A stretch of 35,641 bases of DNA. It comes from Ignavibacteriales bacterium. GTDB lineage: Bacteria > Desulfobacterota_D > UBA1144 > Nemesobacterales > CSP1-2. The position numbers were made by a program, and so were the translations under genes. Below are positions 33,198 to 35,641 of this stretch, piece by piece. Each line of letters opens with the position of its first letter. The stretch's first letter is position 1. Below the pieces are notes generated by a model. That model was not told the DNA's origin. It searched no databases and saw only the letters and a program-made list of their open reading frames with translations. The stretch spans positions 1 through 35,641 of the forward strand of contig JBLNAE010000090.1 of NCBI GenBank assembly GCA_050259195.1. Direction: 5' to 3'.

Positions 33198-35641
33198 ATG
33201 AAAAGTAGTTCGGAAAAAGCTATTGAAGAACTTTTAGATAATCTGGAGAAAGAGCGAAAAAAGATTTGGATCGCAAGGGGCTCAGCGGAATTTCTGCTAG
33301 TTCTATTTGCTTCTCTGGGATTAGTCTCGCTCTTCTCATATGTCTACTCGAATAACGTTTATTTCTCCATACTCAAAATTCTAGCTATACTGACCTTATT
33401 CTTAGGTTTTGTAAAGTTCTTCATCTCTGCAATACTTAAAAAGGAAGAAAAAACCAAACTCGCCTTGGAGATTGAAAAAATATCCCCGGGCCTTGGAGAA
33501 GACACCCTAAACGCACTTCTTCTTGCGTCCGATCTGACCAAAACCCGAAAAGGACTGGGTGTTTCAAAATTCCTCACAGAAGCACACGTGAATGAAGTCG
33601 CCTGCAAACTCGAATCGCTGGATTTATCCCCCGCTCTGCCAAGAGAGAAAATAAAGACCTACAGAAAGCCCCTTGCCGCCATTCTTGTTTTATCCGTGGT
33701 TATATTGATATTTGCGCCAAGGGGGTTTCAACGCTTTTTATTTAGTGCCCATATCCTGCCCCCTTCAGAACCAAACCCTCTTGAGCTTGCGGATATTAAA
33801 GTCGAGTATAAGTACCCGGCTTACACGAAGCTCGCATCTCGAGTGGTGAAGGGAAGCACCGGAGATGTAAGAGCCATAAAAGGGACCCGTGTGATCTTTG
33901 AAGCGACTCCGCTGGGACCGTTAGCCGAAGGAGAAATTGTCATTCAAAACCATCTCCCCTCCCCCCTCGGCTGGGATAGAAGCAAGATCAAAAGCGAGTT
34001 TACAATCCTCTCAGATGGCGATTTTTTCATCCAAAATAAAAAGGAGAACCTCAGATCGAAGATTTTTAAAATCACATCCGATGAAGACAAGAACCCAAAA
34101 GTAGCCATCGAGTCTCCAGGTGGGAATGTTATAGAGATTGGGGAAAAGGAAAACCTGGACATTTCATATAAGGCCCAGGATGATTTCGGGCTTACAAAAC
34201 TTCTCCTTGCCTGGAAGACAAAGAGAGGCGAAGAGAGCAAGCCCATAGAGGGAATAACAAAAGAGCCAAAATCAATAGATGGCAAATTCACCTGGGATCT
34301 CAGCGGCGTCCAGTCAGAGCCAGACGAGATAATAGAGGTTAAGATAAATGCGTATGATAACGACACTGTATCGGGTCCTAAGGTCGGGACATCAAACGTG
34401 ATTATGGTTAAGCTCAATAATCCAAGAAAAAAACACGAAAATACTATAGCCTCAACAGAGAAGCTTTTAGAAGAATTTCTGGACGTTTTGGGAGACGATA
34501 TAGAGCATCGCTTTAATGAGAGGAACGTCAACGTAAGCGGCGTTGAAAAGGTTCAAGAGGGCATAATGGCCAAGATCGAAAAGGCAACAGGCTCTTTGGA
34601 TGAAATTCTGGAGAAAATGAAAAGCGATGATTTTTCAGATTATACGTATTTCTTAGGACTCTCGAATATGAAGGTAAGAATAAATGACATCCTGGGCCAA
34701 CGACGCGATTTGATCACCTCGTTTTCGGCGGCGGATTTTCTCCGTCTCGACGATCTTATAAAGAGAGAAATAAATGAGTTTGAAGATGATATTTTATTTC
34801 TAGATTCCACCCTCAGAGGAGAAAGGCTCAGAGAATCGCTCGTTTACGGAAGAGATGCGTTTGACAGATACAATGAACTTTCAGAACTCCTCAAGAAGCT
34901 CAAACAAGGAGGTAATGAAGAGACAAAAAAAGAGATTGAAAAAAAGATAGGAGAATTAAAGGGCCTCATGTCTCAGCTATCCCAAAAACTGAGTTCCATG
35001 AGTAGAGACACTCGTGAAGGATTTCTAAATCCCGATTCATTTAAGACACTGGATTTAGAGGGAAAACTAAATGAGATCATGAAACTGATTAATAAAGGAA
35101 AAATTGACGAGGCTCTGAATTTGCTCTCCGGCTTTGAAGGCAGCCTCCAAGAGATGATTGCCTCCCTTGAAAGCGGATCCCAGATGCTGAACTCTAATCT
35201 GCTCGCAAAGCAGATTACGGAGCTAAATGAGATCCTTGAGAGAATAAAGGGTTTAGAAAATGGAGAGAAATCTCTTAAAGAAAATACCCAAAACGTCAAA
35301 GACTCGCTTTTAAAAAATCAGTCTGGGAGGAGAAACCCGATTGATTTTGTGGAAAGAGAAAAAAAGAAGGTCGAGAGGTTAAAAAATCTCATTATGGAAT
35401 CAGAGGCTAAGATCTCCGGCAATATCGGAGCGCGTGAGTTTATAGAAGGCTCTCTTCTTACCAGGAGAATCATTGACGAATCCGACCAACTTAAGCACCT
35501 CCTTGAGGCACTTGAATTTAATGAGGCTCTGAAAGGAGCAAAGGACATTGAGGAAGGAACTATCGGCCTCAGAAACCTTAGCGACCTTGGAGTTGGCGAG
35601 GTTGCAAAAGCGAGCCGCGAGATAGAGCAGTCGGCAGAGCT
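33198..35641 (+). CDS. Large membrane-anchored coiled-coil protein, DUF4175-like; 3' end beyond the window (ORF not in the supplied track)
   Basis: I translated codon by codon: ATG at 33198, with an in-frame TAA at 33132 upstream, and no stop through 35641 (814 codons). There are two N-terminal TM helices (FLLVLFASLGLVSLF, ILKILAILTLFLGFVKFFISAIL) and a third (LAAILVLSVVILIFA). Beta-rich modules with DDFG and YDNDTVSGPKVG motifs follow, then about 400 aa of Glu/Lys/Leu-rich coiled coil. Confidence 0.8.
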   Translation, partial: MKSSSEKAIEELLDNLEKERKKIWIARGSAEFLLVLFASLGLVSLFSYVYSNNVYFSILKILAILTLFLGFVKFFISAILKKEEKTKLALEIEKISPGLGEDTLNALLLASDLTKTRKGLGVSKFLTEAHVNEVACKLESLDLSPALPREKIKTYRKPLAAILVLSVVILIFAPRGFQRFLFSAHILPPSEPNPLELADIKVEYKYPAYTKLASRVVKGSTGDVRAIKGTRVIFEATPLGPLAEGEIVIQNHLPSPLGWDRSKIKSEFTILSDGDFFIQNKKENLRSKIFKITSDEDKNPKVAIESPGGNVIEIGEKENLDISYKAQDDFGLTKLLLAWKTKRGEESKPIEGITKEPKSIDGKFTWDLSGVQSEPDEIIEVKINAYDNDTVSGPKVGTSNVIMVKLNNPRKKHENTIASTEKLLEEFLDVLGDDIEHRFNERNVNVSGVEKVQEGIMAKIEKATGSLDEILEKMKSDDFSDYTYFLGLSNMKVRINDILGQRRDLITSFSAADFLRLDDLIKREINEFEDDILFLDSTLRGERLRESLVYGRDAFDRYNELSELLKKLKQGGNEETKKEIEKKIGELKGLMSQLSQKLSSMSRDTREGFLNPDSFKTLDLEGKLNEIMKLINKGKIDEALNLLSGFEGSLQEMIASLESGSQMLNSNLLAKQITELNEILERIKGLENGEKSLKENTQNVKDSLLKNQSGRRNPIDFVEREKKKVERLKNLIMESEAKISGNIGAREFIEGSLLTRRIIDESDQLKHLLEALEFNEALKGAKDIEEGTIGLRNLSDLGVGEVAKASREIEQSAE

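Noticed and set aside
33359-35548. Four minus-strand ORFs (33359-33607, 33944-34531, 34973-35299, 35318-35548) listed in the track
   Set aside because: Their translations are low-complexity and Ser/Phe/Leu-rich, as expected from reading antisense to a Glu/Lys-rich coiled-coil gene. They lie entirely inside the uninterrupted plus-strand ORF starting at 33198.

Overview
Moderately AT-rich, densely coding chromosomal window from a Gram-negative-type bacterium. No rRNA, tRNA or CRISPR array was seen. Left to right: (1) an IS transposase remnant open at the 5' edge, then cdnL and an orphan DUF58 + BatA/vWA pair. (2) A minus-strand block holds an alkaline-phosphatase-family gene, glnE with a small upstream ORF, a large radical SAM enzyme behind a sigma-54-type promoter, and priA. 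(3) A lone TIR/SEFIR-like gene and a PPOX-family gene follow. (4) An 11.3-kb minus-strand type II secretion operon runs gspC-D-E-F-G-H-I-J-K. It has no gspL, gspM or gspO and ends in a translationally coupled RavA/MoxR-like AAA+ ATPase. Its secretin carries a LysM domain and a Gly-rich insert. (5) Next come galT, rlpA behind a near-consensus sigma-54 promoter, and a small secreted protein. (6) A minus-strand operon holds PTPS x2, folE, an SDR, a molybdopterin oxidoreductase, a 60-codon hemA remnant and hemC. (7) A roughly 814-codon plus-strand ORF (33198 to window end) is missing from the supplied ORF track because it has no stop inside the window. It looks like a DUF4175-type membrane-anchored coiled-coil protein. 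The most interesting candidates are the T2SS-coupled AAA+ ATPase, the orphan TIR-fusion gene, the sigma-54-driven Tes-like radical SAM enzyme, the decayed hemA, and the hidden 3' ORF. All family calls come from motif recognition by eye; no database search was run.
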